Notes: a model not told the origin generated them from the sequence alone. A stretch of 64,000 nt of DNA from Vulcanimicrobiota bacterium (GCA_963833095.1 CAWHWQ010000001.1:888595-952594); one strand, 5' to 3'. Positions 1 to 14,233 are shown, counted from the first letter of the stretch. Program-made: numbers and translations.

Positions 1-2
1 AA

Positions 3-3874
<3,872 letters not shown>

Positions 3875-3890
<16 letters not shown>

Positions 3891-4747
3891 CCACCGCCGG
3901 TTCCGTCGCGCCGGAACTGCATCTGCGGCGCGACGATCTCGCCGATATCGAGCTGCAGCTTCTGCTCGATGCGCTGTTGCGGTACGGAGCGGTTGATTTC
4001 CGTTGTGTCAGCCCAACCGTGCTCCGGCGCCGAGTCGCCGATGCGATGCGTTCGGAAGGCGTCGCGACGATATCGGGATTGCAGGAGCGGCTTCTTCACG
4101 ATGAGCAGGCGTTTGCGTCATTCGTGATTTCGATCAAAGCCGCGACTTCCCAACCATTTGCGGATCCATCGTTCTTTCGCGCGTTTCTCGCAAACGTCGT
4201 GCCGCTGCTTCGCACCTATGCGTTCGTTCGCGTGTGGGTGCCGAGCGCCGGGCCCGGGGCTGATGCGTATGCGCTCGCCGCACTTCTTGACGAGGCCGGC
4301 CTACTCTCGCGCACGATTCTCTATGCGACCTTCATCAACGATCCATCGGTGGCCATTGCCAAAGCCGGTTCCTACAAGCACGCCGGACGTGCCGGCGTCG
4401 AAGCATCCGCGCGCGCGGCCGGGTTGGAGTCGCCGCTCTCCCGTTACTTCGAAGTCGATGACGAGTTCGCGACGCCAAAAGAGGGCCTCCGGGAGAGCGT
4501 GATGTTCGCTCGGCACAATCCCGCCTCAGATGCGTCGATCAACGAATTCCATGCAATCGTCGCGCGCGGCTTTTTACCGCTGCTCAACGGCGTCGCGCAA
4601 TTCAGGCTGCAGGCTTTGCTCTACGAGAGCCTCATGCATCTTGGGTTCCTGGGCCTCGGGAACGGGGAGGGCGTCGCGCACAGCGCCCATGAGAGCGCCT
4701 TCCGGCAGGTCGTCAACGACCAGCCGATTTTTCGTCGCCTTCACTAG
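3875..4747 (+). CDS. CheR-like (protein-glutamate methyltransferase fold) protein with degenerate motifs
   Basis: N-terminal [34 protein letters not shown] and RVWVPS pattern typical of CheR downstream of poly-HAMP kinases; ATG 3875 overlaps kinase end. Confidence 0.8.
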
Positions 4748-4814
4748 ATTTTGCGATTCTCGGCTCCCCCCGACGTGGCTTTGCCGTCATGCTTAGCCAA
4801 GGAGGAGCTCGAAA

Positions 4815-5489
4815 ATGAATCGTTTTAGTCTTTCACTACTTGGCAGCGTAGCGATCGCAGCGCTGTCGATCTCCGCGGCCCTCGCGGCCCCGCCGAACAT
4901 CGCCGGGACCTGGAACATTCAGCAGACCGGAAACAACGGCACCACCACGACCACAATCATGCTGACGCAGTCGGGCGACGGAGTCGTCGGGAACAACGCC
5001 TCGACCGGAAACGGATTCACCGGCACGTTCGTGGCCGACGGCAAGATCAATGGCAAGTGGCATGGCCCAGGGGGCGCCGGTTGGCTCACGATCTACGTGA
5101 GCGAAAACGGTCACAGCTTCAACGGCACCTGGGGCTACAACGGACGCCCGGCAAACGGGTCGTTTGTCGGAAATAAAGTTCTGCCGCCGTCGCCGATTAC
5201 CGCCGCGGGGACGTGGCACATCAGCGGCGCCGGTGGTCCCAATGCGTTCATCGGATTGATGCGCTGCACGCAATCCGGACCATCGGTTCTCTGTCACGCG
5301 GGCGACATCGTGCTCAACGGCAAGTTCCGCGCGAAGGATAAGGTACGCGCAACCTGGACCGGCAGCAACGGAACCGGATGGTTCTCGTTCTGGTTCAACG
5401 GCGATAACAACAGCTTCAACGGCGTCTGGGGGAGAGGCAAAGATACGACGCCCCCGGTCGGACGTGTGATCGGGCAACGCGCACTCTAA
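4815..5489 (+). CDS. Secreted protein with two internal beta-rich repeats
   Basis: GGAGGAG RBS; signal peptide ending ALA-A; repeats AGTW..FNGTWG and AGTW..FNGVWG. Confidence 0.8.
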   Translation: MNRFSLSLLGSVAIAALSISAALAAPPNIAGTWNIQQTGNNGTTTTTIMLTQSGDGVVGNNASTGNGFTGTFVADGKINGKWHGPGGAGWLTIYVSENGHSFNGTWGYNGRPANGSFVGNKVLPPSPITAAGTWHISGAGGPNAFIGLMRCTQSGPSVLCHAGDIVLNGKFRAKDKVRATWTGSNGTGWFSFWFNGDNNSFNGVWGRGKDTTPPVGRVIGQRAL

Positions 5490-5510
5490 AATAAACCAGC
5501 CCACAAACGA

Positions 5511-5549
5511 AAGCGGCGCACCTCCAATCGGAGATGCGCCGCTTATTTT
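5511..5549. terminator. Bidirectional rho-independent terminator
   Basis: AAGCGGCGCAcCTCC-aatc-GGAGaTGCGCCGCTT followed by ATTTT, between convergent genes. Confidence 0.8.
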
Positions 5550-5566
5550 GCGCCTGCCGCAGTAGG

Positions 5567-6766
5567 CTAGTAGTTGAAGAACAGACCCAAGCCGGCGAAT
5601 GCCGCGCTATTGGTGTATCCAGGTGTCACTGAATTGGCTTTGGCGTTTCCACGGTTGCCTGCATAGCCAACGTCAATGAAGAGCGGCTTGAAGACCGACC
5701 ACGTCAGCCCGACTTTGTAGGTTTGCAGCGAGTACTGCATCGAGAGCGATGACGCACCGCTGCCCGCATATGTGCCGCGGACGTTCGGGTAGTAGTAGAA
5801 ACTACCGTAGTAGGAGATCGTGTTGTCGAGATCTGGGAGTTTTTCCGCGCCGATTCCGGCGCCGGTGAAGTTCGGATAGCCGTAGTTACCGGCGTTGAAC
5901 TCCCAGGCGACGGCGACATACACACGCGGATTGAACACTTTGTATCCCAAGTGCAACTCGGTGTACGTGTCGCGCGCCGTGAAGCCCGGTACCGCCGTCG
6001 AGCCGTTGTTGCCCACGACCGTTACGTAACAATCGCTCGTCGGGATCGTGATGTTGATGCATCCGTGCGGATAGCGATACTGCGCGTAGTCGACACCGAA
6101 CATGAAGTTGCTGTATTCGGCCGCGCCGCGTCCGAACCACGATCCAGTCGAGCGGTTTCCCGGGCTGAACTCGTTGTAGGTCTTGCCGCCGAAGAAATAG
6201 TCGCCGGCGATGAACGCCTCGTTTGCGGGTTTAGGAACCGGCGTGGGAGAGGGAGTTGGCGGCGGGGGCGGAGGCGCTGTCGGCGCAGCCGTTGGCGCGG
6301 GCGTGGGCGGAGGCGTCGCCGGGATATAGCGCACGACGACGATTTGACGATCCGGCACCCACTGGACGTACGCTCCCATGCCCTCGGAGATTACACGCAC
6401 GGGGACGACGATAACGCCCTGGTAGATTTCCGGCGGCACGTCTAACGGCCGTTTCTCGCCGTTGATCGTAACCTCCGGAACGCCGACGGTGACTTCCACG
6501 TCGGCGCCGGCTTTGGTGACGTGAACGGTCTTGCTGCCGGCGTCGTATGTTACCGTGGCACCGGTTTGCTCGAACATCGAGCGCAACGGAACCAGGATGG
6601 TGTCGCCCCGGACGAGAGCTGCGAGCACGCGTCCCTGCTTCAGCGTATCTGGGCTAGCATAGACGTGGTGATCGTTGAACAGGATGGGAATTTCTTGCGC
6701 TGGTGGATCTGACTTCGACATCGACGCCTGTGCCGTCAGGACCGCGCTCAATACTATGTGAATCAT
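5567..6766 (-). CDS. Copper amine oxidase N-terminal (stalk) domain + Pro-rich linker + probable outer-membrane beta-barrel
   Basis: LVPLRSMFEQTGATVTYD and VPVRVISEGMGAYVQW motifs; PPPTPAPT linker; aromatic beta-strand C-terminus ending FFNY. Confidence 0.8.
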   Translation of the reverse strand: MIHIVLSAVLTAQASMSKSDPPAQEIPILFNDHHVYASPDTLKQGRVLAALVRGDTILVPLRSMFEQTGATVTYDAGSKTVHVTKAGADVEVTVGVPEVTINGEKRPLDVPPEIYQGVIVVPVRVISEGMGAYVQWVPDRQIVVVRYIPATPPPTPAPTAAPTAPPPPPPTPSPTPVPKPANEAFIAGDYFFGGKTYNEFSPGNRSTGSWFGRGAAEYSNFMFGVDYAQYRYPHGCINITIPTSDCYVTVVGNNGSTAVPGFTARDTYTELHLGYKVFNPRVYVAVAWEFNAGNYGYPNFTGAGIGAEKLPDLDNTISYYGSFYYYPNVRGTYAGSGASSLSMQYSLQTYKVGLTWSVFKPLFIDVGYAGNRGNAKANSVTPGYTNSAAFAGLGLFFNY

Positions 6767-6830
6767 TCCAGAGACCTTTTCAAGCAAACGCGCATACAGC
6801 GTCAGTGTACAGGATTGGAAAAGGCGAGAA

Positions 6831-7301
6831 TTACCCAGAATCGCGGAAAGGAGGCGTGCGCTTGGCAAGGTCTCGCTGGACGCGCGCATCGACCGCGCGG
6901 ATCAGCGGCTCGACCGCAACATTCAGGATGATGATGGCTGCCGCGCCGGCCATTGCCTGACGGTAATAGCCGAACGCGCACAATGCCCCAACCGCGGCCG
7001 TTGCCCACATGGTCGCTGCGGTATTGAGTCCGGTCACGTTGGCTCCCGAGCGGAGAATGGCGCCACCCGCGATGAAGCCGACACCGGTCACGATGCCGGC
7101 GACGATGCGCGTCGTATCGCCGGCCCCGAGCGTTTCGTCGAGCAGCGCAAACATCGCCGCGCCGATCGAGACCAAACTGCTGGTATGCAACCCCGCGGCG
7201 CTGCGGCGCCATTGGCGCTCGAAACCAATCGCGATGCCCAAGAGCGCTGCGACACCGAGGCGGATAAAAAAGTCGAGGGCGGTGAGCTCTGGTTGTTTCA
7301 T
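6831..7301 (-). CDS. MgtC/SapB family membrane protein
   Basis: IGFERQWRRSAAGLHT, RIVAGIVTGVGFIAGGAI and GLNTAATMW motifs; start MKQPEL overlaps upstream stop. Confidence 0.9.
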   Translation of the reverse strand: MKQPELTALDFFIRLGVAALLGIAIGFERQWRRSAAGLHTSSLVSIGAAMFALLDETLGAGDTTRIVAGIVTGVGFIAGGAILRSGANVTGLNTAATMWATAAVGALCAFGYYRQAMAGAAAIIILNVAVEPLIRAVDARVQRDLAKRTPPFRDSG

Positions 7302-7921
7302 AACGCCGGAAGCCCGACCAGCCGAACGATCCCGTAGATCAGCGCGATGATGCCGAGTCCGACGATAATCGCGTGGCGCGGAAAGATCATCTTGGTGCTC
7401 ATGCCGGCTAGAAACGAGACAGCGGCAAAAATAACCGTCAGCAGCGAGTAGTCGTCGGCGTGCTGGTGCGCGGTCAGCGCTGCGTTGAAACTGCCCGTGG
7501 CAGCGGCATCGTAACGCTCCGAGCCAGCGCGCAGCTGTCGCCGAAACTGCGGCATTACGAACGGTGAGGTCGGCGCTTTGGGGTTCGTCAACGGCTTGGT
7601 TGCAAGCCACGCATCCATGGCGCCGCGAAAGCTCGACGGAAAGCGCGCATAGATGAACTGCTCCTTGCGGGTATCTCCGGCTTCGACTGCATCGATATAG
7701 TCCAGGAACGCCGCGACGTCGATCACGGTCAGACCGATGGATCGGTCGTTGGCTTCCTCGGAAAGAACGCGATCGGCCGCAGCGATATTGTAGAGCCGGG
7801 TTTGCTCGCCGTCCCATCGGCCCGTCTGATAGCCGCAGAGCGCCGTTAACACGGCTGCGATCGAAATCAGTATCAGCGATGCGAAATCGACGAACCGATC
7901 GACACCCGCATGATCTCGCAC
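7298..7921 (-). CDS. Membrane protein (DUF4337-like topology)
   Basis: N-terminal TM (LISIAAVLTALCGYQ), soluble loop, two C-terminal TMs (LLTVIFAAVSFLAG). Confidence 0.7.
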   Translation of the reverse strand: MRDHAGVDRFVDFASLILISIAAVLTALCGYQTGRWDGEQTRLYNIAAADRVLSEEANDRSIGLTVIDVAAFLDYIDAVEAGDTRKEQFIYARFPSSFRGAMDAWLATKPLTNPKAPTSPFVMPQFRRQLRAGSERYDAAATGSFNAALTAHQHADDYSLLTVIFAAVSFLAGMSTKMIFPRHAIIVGLGIIALIYGIVRLVGLPAL

Positions 7922-7925
7922 GAGC

Positions 7926-8795
7926 TCAGAGGTTGATCGTTGCGCCGAGCGTCAGCCCGTTGAGTTCGAGGCCCCGAGCCCGCGCAGCGTTGTTATTTTG
8001 ATCGAAGTAGAGCTGGCGGTAGAACAGGAGAATATTGCCCCAATGCTCGGCATAACCCACTCCCCCGTAAAATTGCGACGTCGTGGTATTGCTGGTCCCG
8101 AAGCCGAAGTCTTGATACAGCGGGACAAACCACGGTCCGCCGAGGTTGATCCGCCCGCGGATACCGCCGAGCGCATCGGTGATGGTGACCGATTCAGAAT
8201 CTGATCCCGACAGCGGAATCAGATCGATCGGGCCCGTGAAATTCCAACTTGCCGAGGATTTTAAGCTGATCGAGCGCACGCCGGTGAACACGATCACGTC
8301 GCCGGCATCGCCGTGGGCGACCATCGCACCGGGTTCCAATTCCCACATCGTCGTGTTGAGATGCCATCCTACCGAAGCGGTAACCGGGATCTCGACGTTT
8401 CCGGCGGGACCACCGATCGTGACGTTCGCCGAATTGTTATTCGACATGTTGAGAAAAATTAGGTCCGCGCTGATGTCGAAAGCGTTCTTGCGAACCTCGC
8501 CCGCCACCATCCCGCCGGAATCGACGAATGACAAATAGTTCGAGGGACCGGTTGCGACGTTGATCGTCGCCAAACCCGGAGCGGTCAGCGCCGGGTGACG
8601 GAAAACCAGCGTGCCGGAAATGCCCGGGGCCCACAGGTACGGCGTGACCGAAGCATGCCATTTGTTATCGAAGATGCTCTGCGGCGGCGGTGAAGGCGTC
8701 ATCTGCGCGACCGTTTCCTGACTCTGCGCCACGGCAGCGAGCGGCCAGAACGATGCGGCAACCGTGAACGCAATGAGAACCAGCGATCTGCTCAT
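7926..8795 (-). CDS. Outer-membrane beta-barrel protein
   Basis: Signal peptide; WHASVTPYLWAPGISG motif; ends GLTLGATINL. Confidence 0.75.
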   Translation of the reverse strand: MSRSLVLIAFTVAASFWPLAAVAQSQETVAQMTPSPPPQSIFDNKWHASVTPYLWAPGISGTLVFRHPALTAPGLATINVATGPSNYLSFVDSGGMVAGEVRKNAFDISADLIFLNMSNNNSANVTIGGPAGNVEIPVTASVGWHLNTTMWELEPGAMVAHGDAGDVIVFTGVRSISLKSSASWNFTGPIDLIPLSGSDSESVTITDALGGIRGRINLGGPWFVPLYQDFGFGTSNTTTSQFYGGVGYAEHWGNILLFYRQLYFDQNNNAARARGLELNGLTLGATINL

Positions 8796-9781
8796 GCAAT
8801 ACTTCCTAAGAGGAGTTGTTCCTCAGCGCCTTGCGATTGGAACAGCGCGGCGCTACGCTTGCGCGGCGTCATCCTCGGCGTCGTTCCAAAAAACGCCTTG
8901 TAGTCGACCCCAAAATGACCCAAATGCCAGAACCCGCAATCAGCCGCAACATCGAAGATGCGCGACGCCGAGTCCGCGCGCTGTAACCGGCGATGAGCGA
9001 AGTTCAGACGCTGGATCTTGAAATACCGCATCGGACTCATGCCAAATGTCGCGTTGAAGACGTAGATCAGCGTGCGCACGCTGCATTTTGCCGCTTTGCA
9101 AATATCTCGCAGCGTTCTCGGCTCTTCAATGCTCGACCACATCAACTCGAGCGCCGTCCGCACGAGCTTCTCGCGATTGACGTCGGCTTGACTTTCCGCG
9201 TGCCCTCGCGCCCGTTGCAGCATCGAACGCACAATGCGCTCGATCTCAAAATCGATCGCGACGCCATCGATCGCATCGGGCGCGGTACGACCGGCCCGCT
9301 CGTCGGCCAGGGCGTCGGCAGCATAGGATGCGAGCGTCACCCACTCGAGCGCACCCGCGGCCAGCGCGCACTTTACCGGCGCAAAGTTCCCGGAACGATC
9401 GTTCCCGCCCAGCGCGCGCCGGTCGATATCAAACCAGAGGATCGACGCAGCGCCGAGAATATTGACGGAGAGTTCTTCACCCGAGACGACGAGACAGCAG
9501 CCGTCGGAATGTTTCTTTCCGTTGGCTAGAATCTGGCAACCGATTGCCGGCCGCACCAACAGTACCAAGAGGCGCCACGGCTCGACGCTGTTGCGAATTT
9601 GTACGCCGCAATTGACATGAAGCTCGGTAATCCGCATCGCGGTTTGCGTGACGCGCGAGGCCCGACATTCAAACATCCCGGGCGTGAGCTGCAGCCATTC
9701 ACCGGCTCCTGAATAGAGCCGGTCTAAATCACCGATCTGAAATTGGCTTCCTGCGAATCTCATGTACTCCTGATTTTGCAC
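8792..9781 (-). CDS. AraC family (EutR-like) transcriptional regulator
   Basis: QLTPGMFE N-terminus; C-terminal CSVRTLIYVF..GMSPMRY..RL..GFWHLGHFGVDYKAFFGTTP. Confidence 0.9.
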   Translation of the reverse strand: MQNQEYMRFAGSQFQIGDLDRLYSGAGEWLQLTPGMFECRASRVTQTAMRITELHVNCGVQIRNSVEPWRLLVLLVRPAIGCQILANGKKHSDGCCLVVSGEELSVNILGAASILWFDIDRRALGGNDRSGNFAPVKCALAAGALEWVTLASYAADALADERAGRTAPDAIDGVAIDFEIERIVRSMLQRARGHAESQADVNREKLVRTALELMWSSIEEPRTLRDICKAAKCSVRTLIYVFNATFGMSPMRYFKIQRLNFAHRRLQRADSASRIFDVAADCGFWHLGHFGVDYKAFFGTTPRMTPRKRSAALFQSQGAEEQLLLGSIA

Positions 9782-9908
9782 CAGGCACTCCCGTTATGGT
9801 GCCCGCGGTCCTAGACAGCGAAAAATTTTTGCTTCTTCGCCGCCTCGGGATACCGGTTACAGCCTGTAAAGCTGCACGCTCAGGAATAGGACTGGGAGTG
9901 ACACTATC

Positions 9909-10253
9909 TTGGCGCACGCGACGGCTGCATATCGCCTGAATCCGGAGATGCATGAGTTCCTGGGCGCGGGGCTCATTCGTCTTATTGTGCGCGGCGAAAA
10001 CGTCATCGGCCACTACGGACGCCGAGGATATATCACCGGCGCCTTACACGGATGCGTGCTCATCGCAACGTTCAGAGACGGGGTTCACGACGGCGAGGTG
10101 CGGCTGACGTTCGATGACGAGTTCGAGTGCTTCGAGGGTTATTACGTACCCGCGCTTCCCAATGGGCCGGGCGAACGGCCCTGCTCGGGAACCCGCATTA
10201 CCCGACGCAAATCACCAGCCTTAGAAGTCCACTTGAATCGTGACGAGGTCTGA
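9909..10253 (+). CDS. Hypothetical protein
   Basis: 114-aa ORF divergent from the AraC gene with beta-strand-like composition; start uncertain. Confidence 0.5.
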   Translation: MAHATAAYRLNPEMHEFLGAGLIRLIVRGENVIGHYGRRGYITGALHGCVLIATFRDGVHDGEVRLTFDDEFECFEGYYVPALPNGPGERPCSGTRITRRKSPALEVHLNRDEV

Positions 10254-10751
10254 ATACGATCCGGCGTTGACGGCCTGTAGCCGGGGGATGTTGCCGTAGA
10301 TTGGAAATTGGGCTTCGCGTGTCTTATCCGTCACTGCCGTTAGCCCGCAAATAGGGTTCAGGCTTCCCCAAACGATTTGGTGACCCGGGTCTTGATACAG
10401 ATTGTACGCGAGACGATTGTTTCCCGAGCGCAAATAGCGCAGCGTGCAGCGGTCGTTCGTGATCAGCGAGATCTGCAGCGCGTGGGGACCATTGCACGTA
10501 ATGCCGATCGTGCCCACCGCACTGTCATCGTAGGGCAATGACGGATCGTAAATCGCAAAGTTCATCGCGTTCGCGGTGATGGCGCACGCGTCCGCAGGCC
10601 CGCTGAGGGGCGGCGCTTGCGAACGCGCGGTGCCGCGCAACGTCAGCATCGCCACTGCGAGAAGACTTACGGCAGCGACGGCTGACAGGAGACCGTTCCA
10701 AGATTCACCTGGAAGGCATTGCTTTGTGGGAACGTGACTGAAAATGTGCAT
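10221..10751 (-). CDS. Spore coat U-domain (Csu-type) pilin, probable tip/minor subunit; true start probably near 10700
   Basis: C..MNFAIYDP, ITC, LAYNLYQD..WG, IYGNIPRLQAVNAGSYSDLVTIQVDF motifs. Confidence 0.85.
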   Translation of the reverse strand: MHIFSHVPTKQCLPGESWNGLLSAVAAVSLLAVAMLTLRGTARSQAPPLSGPADACAITANAMNFAIYDPSLPYDDSAVGTIGITCNGPHALQISLITNDRCTLRYLRSGNNRLAYNLYQDPGHQIVWGSLNPICGLTAVTDKTREAQFPIYGNIPRLQAVNAGSYSDLVTIQVDF

Positions 10752-12943
10752 GGTAGACCTCTAAGGTTCGCTGTTCCGCTATACGAGCCCGGCGGCAAGG
10801 TGTCGAACGAAAAGCCGCCGTCGCCGTCGGCCTGCGTGGTTTGCTCGTTACCGGCAGCCTTGAGGGTTATCGGTGCAAAGGCAACGGCCGCCGGATCGCT
10901 CGATCCGGTAAGGCGTAGGGTCCCAAAAAACACATGCTCGGTTCGCCGCGATGTGAAACGCAGAATGCCGCCGCCGAAACTGCGCGTGGAAAAATCGCGA
11001 ATGGGCCGATCGATGCTTTGGTTGATGGCTTCGCCGCTCTCGTCGATGATGACGCGATTGTCGGCATTGCTCTGCACGGTCGGAATCATCAGGTAGCCAC
11101 CTGCCGACGACGTCCCAGCGTCCTGCCCATTCAACTCGACGTCAGCGCCCGAGCCGGCGCCTTCGAGCACGGTATATCCATCGGAGATCGGTCGCCCGAA
11201 AAAGACGTGTCCGTCGCTTGCGACGAGCGATCCCGAAATCATCGCGGTCCGGTCCGGGGGCGACCCGCCGCTCGGGCGCAGCGAACTGAGTTCCAAGATG
11301 CCCGACTGCCCAACGATGCGGACGTCTTGCAAGCCGCTCCCGTCGGTGTTGATCGAACCCGAATAATCCGTCCCAAACGTGCCGGCCGGTGAAGCTGAAA
11401 ACTGCAGTCCCGCGGTGCCGTTTCCAGCATTGAGCGCTAAGGTCGAGCGAGGTCCCGTGCGCACGATCGCCTGTACGACCAGCGAGCGTGACACCAACGC
11501 TGAGGTCACGCTACGTAGCGCCGTGATCGAAATCGACAGAACGCTTCCAATGGCTTGATAAAGCGACGCCGACGAAAACGACGTCGGACCCAAGTCGCGA
11601 TCGATCGTTCGTCCGATTCCAAACGAGACGCCGCCGCTACGAGCATAACCGATTGACGCGGAGACGTCCTGCGCCAGCAAAGCGCGATCGTCCGTGGAGA
11701 GCAGGCTGGTGTTCGCGTATCTAGCGCCGGTCTGCGTGCTCGAAGCAGAGAAGCCGAACCGCTCGGTCTGGTACGCAAACGAGACTTGCAGCGCAGAGTC
11801 GCTCACGCCGCCGCTGTCGCTTGCTCCGTAGGCGACACCGAGCGCGCCCAGATTCCCCGCGACGGCGGCCGTAACGCCGCCGCTAAAAACATTCGGTCCA
11901 GCTTCGATGCGCGCTCCCGCGGTAAAGTTGTTCGTAAACCCTCGCGCATACCGTCCCAGGAAAACGTCGCCGCTATAATGATCGTCTGCGGCGAAGGCGT
12001 TTTGACGCAGCACACCGGCGGATACTGCGAAGTCGGTAAGACCCGCGCGGAGAAGGTCGAGCGAGCTATAGTCCTGCGAGGTAAGGCGCGTGGTGTTTCC
12101 AAAAGCGTCACGCAGCACGACAACCGTCGAGTTCAAGCCCGCCACGGCCGGCAGATTCGCGAGAACAAACGTCCCCGGCGACACGTCGACGACGTTGGTC
12201 AGAACGCCGTTCACGTAGACCTCGGCGCGCGAAGGCGTAAGGACCGTCCCGCTTAGCACCGCTGAGGGAAAGCGCAAGAGGTATGGATCGAGGGCGAAGG
12301 AGCGAGCAACGGTGATCCCCGCGATCTGATCGTTTCCTCCGAAGGTCCCGGCGTCCACCGATGCGTCCCCGACCGTGGTGGCGATCAAATCGTTGCGATC
12401 GTCGCTCTCGAGATAGGTTTGGCCCCGCCGGAAGAGCCCACCGTCGGAAAACATCGTGCTTGTGAGCAGAACTTTGGGAAAATTGTAGCCGACCTGCCCG
12501 GAATAGCCGAGCGGTCCAGAGTTGCTGGCGGTAAGCGAATAGTTCACGAACGCGCCGGACGTTTGAAGATACTGCAACGGCGCCTCGGGATGCGGCCCGA
12601 GATTGTAGCTTGATGCCGGCAGCAGCGATGCCTGCGCCTGGACATGGAGCACGAGCGTCGACGCGTCGAAGACATACGTGAGCTCCGGCGCGAGCGATTG
12701 CAATGAGATGAAATCGAAGCCGGCGAGGTGTTGTTCTTTTCCCGATCCGAACGCGATATGGGCGGCAGCGAGATCGCTCTTCTGAATGAAGAGATCTTGA
12801 TCGGTTATCGCCGCGAGCACTTCGACATGCTCCTGCGAGTTCACGACCATCTCGACGTATGCGAGGTCCCCACCAGGGTCGCGCGGCGCATTCTCTGTTG
12901 CGCCGAGAAGCGCGAACGCCAGTACTAGCGCCGCGAAGCGCAT
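10667..12943 (-). CDS. Fimbrial outer-membrane usher (CsuD/PapC family)
   Basis: GAFVNYS, GITVARSFALDP, PSRAEVYVNG, LRDAFG, LLRAGLTDF motifs; lies between chaperone and pilin. Confidence 0.9.
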   Translation of the reverse strand: MRFAALVLAFALLGATENAPRDPGGDLAYVEMVVNSQEHVEVLAAITDQDLFIQKSDLAAAHIAFGSGKEQHLAGFDFISLQSLAPELTYVFDASTLVLHVQAQASLLPASSYNLGPHPEAPLQYLQTSGAFVNYSLTASNSGPLGYSGQVGYNFPKVLLTSTMFSDGGLFRRGQTYLESDDRNDLIATTVGDASVDAGTFGGNDQIAGITVARSFALDPYLLRFPSAVLSGTVLTPSRAEVYVNGVLTNVVDVSPGTFVLANLPAVAGLNSTVVVLRDAFGNTTRLTSQDYSSLDLLRAGLTDFAVSAGVLRQNAFAADDHYSGDVFLGRYARGFTNNFTAGARIEAGPNVFSGGVTAAVAGNLGALGVAYGASDSGGVSDSALQVSFAYQTERFGFSASSTQTGARYANTSLLSTDDRALLAQDVSASIGYARSGGVSFGIGRTIDRDLGPTSFSSASLYQAIGSVLSISITALRSVTSALVSRSLVVQAIVRTGPRSTLALNAGNGTAGLQFSASPAGTFGTDYSGSINTDGSGLQDVRIVGQSGILELSSLRPSGGSPPDRTAMISGSLVASDGHVFFGRPISDGYTVLEGAGSGADVELNGQDAGTSSAGGYLMIPTVQSNADNRVIIDESGEAINQSIDRPIRDFSTRSFGGGILRFTSRRTEHVFFGTLRLTGSSDPAAVAFAPITLKAAGNEQTTQADGDGGFSFDTLPPGSYSGTANLRGLPCTFSVTFPQSNAFQVNLGTVSCQPSLP

Positions 12944-12947
12944 GCGC

Positions 12948-13718
12948 CTACGAACAGGAACGCGTTATCTGCGTCGTGCTTCCTTTAAACATGTTGTGTC
13001 CGGTTCCGGCAGTAGCGGCGATCGTTGTCGTCGACGCGCACGCTCCCGCTGGGATTGCAAAGGTGAAACCACGCGTTGCGCCACGCAGAATGTACCATCC
13101 CGGCGTTGTCACGGAGAACGTCTGCTTACCCGATGCGTCGGTTCCGACGGCAGTAACGCTGGTTGGTTCGATATGCACGTCGCCGTCGTTTTCCAACTTG
13201 AGATCGAGACTCGTACGATTGAGCGCCGCGCCGGAGATCTTTTGCGCAGCGGTTGCTTTCGCGGGCTCGATAAAAAGCGGTATGCCGATATTCGTGCGCA
13301 CGACGACTCCCGATCCTCTCACCCCGGTCAAGGCGCCGGGATCGGGGAGTTGCTCGAATAATACGCGATAGGCCACTTCTTGGCTGCCGGACGTTGCGGG
13401 CAAACCGATGCGCACCGTTTGCTGCGAGCTCGGCGCCACCGTCAACGAGCGCGGGAACACCACGAGCGTGGTATCCGGGGTGAGTATCATTGCGGAATCC
13501 ACCGACTGCTTCCACGCGAAAACGCGCACCGCAAGGTGAAGCGGCTGCGAACCGCGGTTTCTCACCGTCATCGAGGCCGTCTTCGCACCCATCGGGGCGA
13601 CGACCGGAATGGGTGAAACGCTATAGTCGGCTGCAACTGCGACGGCGCTCAAGGCGAGCAACGCAACGACAGCGACAAGTGGAATGACACTCGATCGTTT
13701 CATTATGCTTGCCTTCAT
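12948..13718 (-). CDS. Fimbrial periplasmic chaperone (CsuC/PapD family)
   Basis: SVSPI, VRVFAWKQ, VVFPRSLTV..QQTVRIG, EVAYRVLFEQLP, LENDGDVH; TAATG overlap with pilin stop. Confidence 0.9.
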   Translation of the reverse strand: MKASIMKRSSVIPLVAVVALLALSAVAVAADYSVSPIPVVAPMGAKTASMTVRNRGSQPLHLAVRVFAWKQSVDSAMILTPDTTLVVFPRSLTVAPSSQQTVRIGLPATSGSQEVAYRVLFEQLPDPGALTGVRGSGVVVRTNIGIPLFIEPAKATAAQKISGAALNRTSLDLKLENDGDVHIEPTSVTAVGTDASGKQTFSVTTPGWYILRGATRGFTFAIPAGACASTTTIAATAGTGHNMFKGSTTQITRSCS

Positions 13719-14233
13719 TAGTAGTTGATCGTAACTGCGACCGAGTCGGTGTACGAACCAACCGGTACGTTTTGCGCGCTCGCGACCGAGCCATATGCCG
13801 TGAGACTCACCGGCGTCGTTCCGCCGGCACCCGTTACCGAAGCAGTGGTTCCCGACGTCTTCGTTCCCCACGGCTGGCTGTGCGCCGAATCTTTGTAAAT
13901 GCCGTACGAAAGATAGTTTGTGCCGGTACCTTTCATGCGTCGCGTCTGCGTGTTGCCTGTCCCAATGGGATTAAGCCCCGCGTCGATATCGACCATCGCG
14001 GAGGCGCCTTGCGTGCAGGTCGCGCTGATCGCGGCAGTCCCGAGCAGCGGAGCCGAAGCGTTGCTACCGACCGCGTCGTAATTCCCGAAGCTCAAATTCC
14101 CGCTGCTGATCGTGCAGGTCGAAATGACGGTCGCTGTAACCGACATCGTTGCTGAAACGCTCCCCGCCTTTGCCGGCGAGGCCAAACACAGCGCGGCGGC
14201 CAGCACGATATAGAACGTACGCTTTGGCATCAT
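13718..14233 (-). CDS. Spore coat U-domain major pilin (CsuA/B family)
   Basis: Signal peptide; VTATVISTC..LSFGNYD, ATCTQG, LSYGIYKD..WG, GSYTDSVAVTINY. Confidence 0.9.
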   Translation of the reverse strand: MMPKRTFYIVLAAALCLASPAKAGSVSATMSVTATVISTCTISSGNLSFGNYDAVGSNASAPLLGTAAISATCTQGASAMVDIDAGLNPIGTGNTQTRRMKGTGTNYLSYGIYKDSAHSQPWGTKTSGTTASVTGAGGTTPVSLTAYGSVASAQNVPVGSYTDSVAVTINY

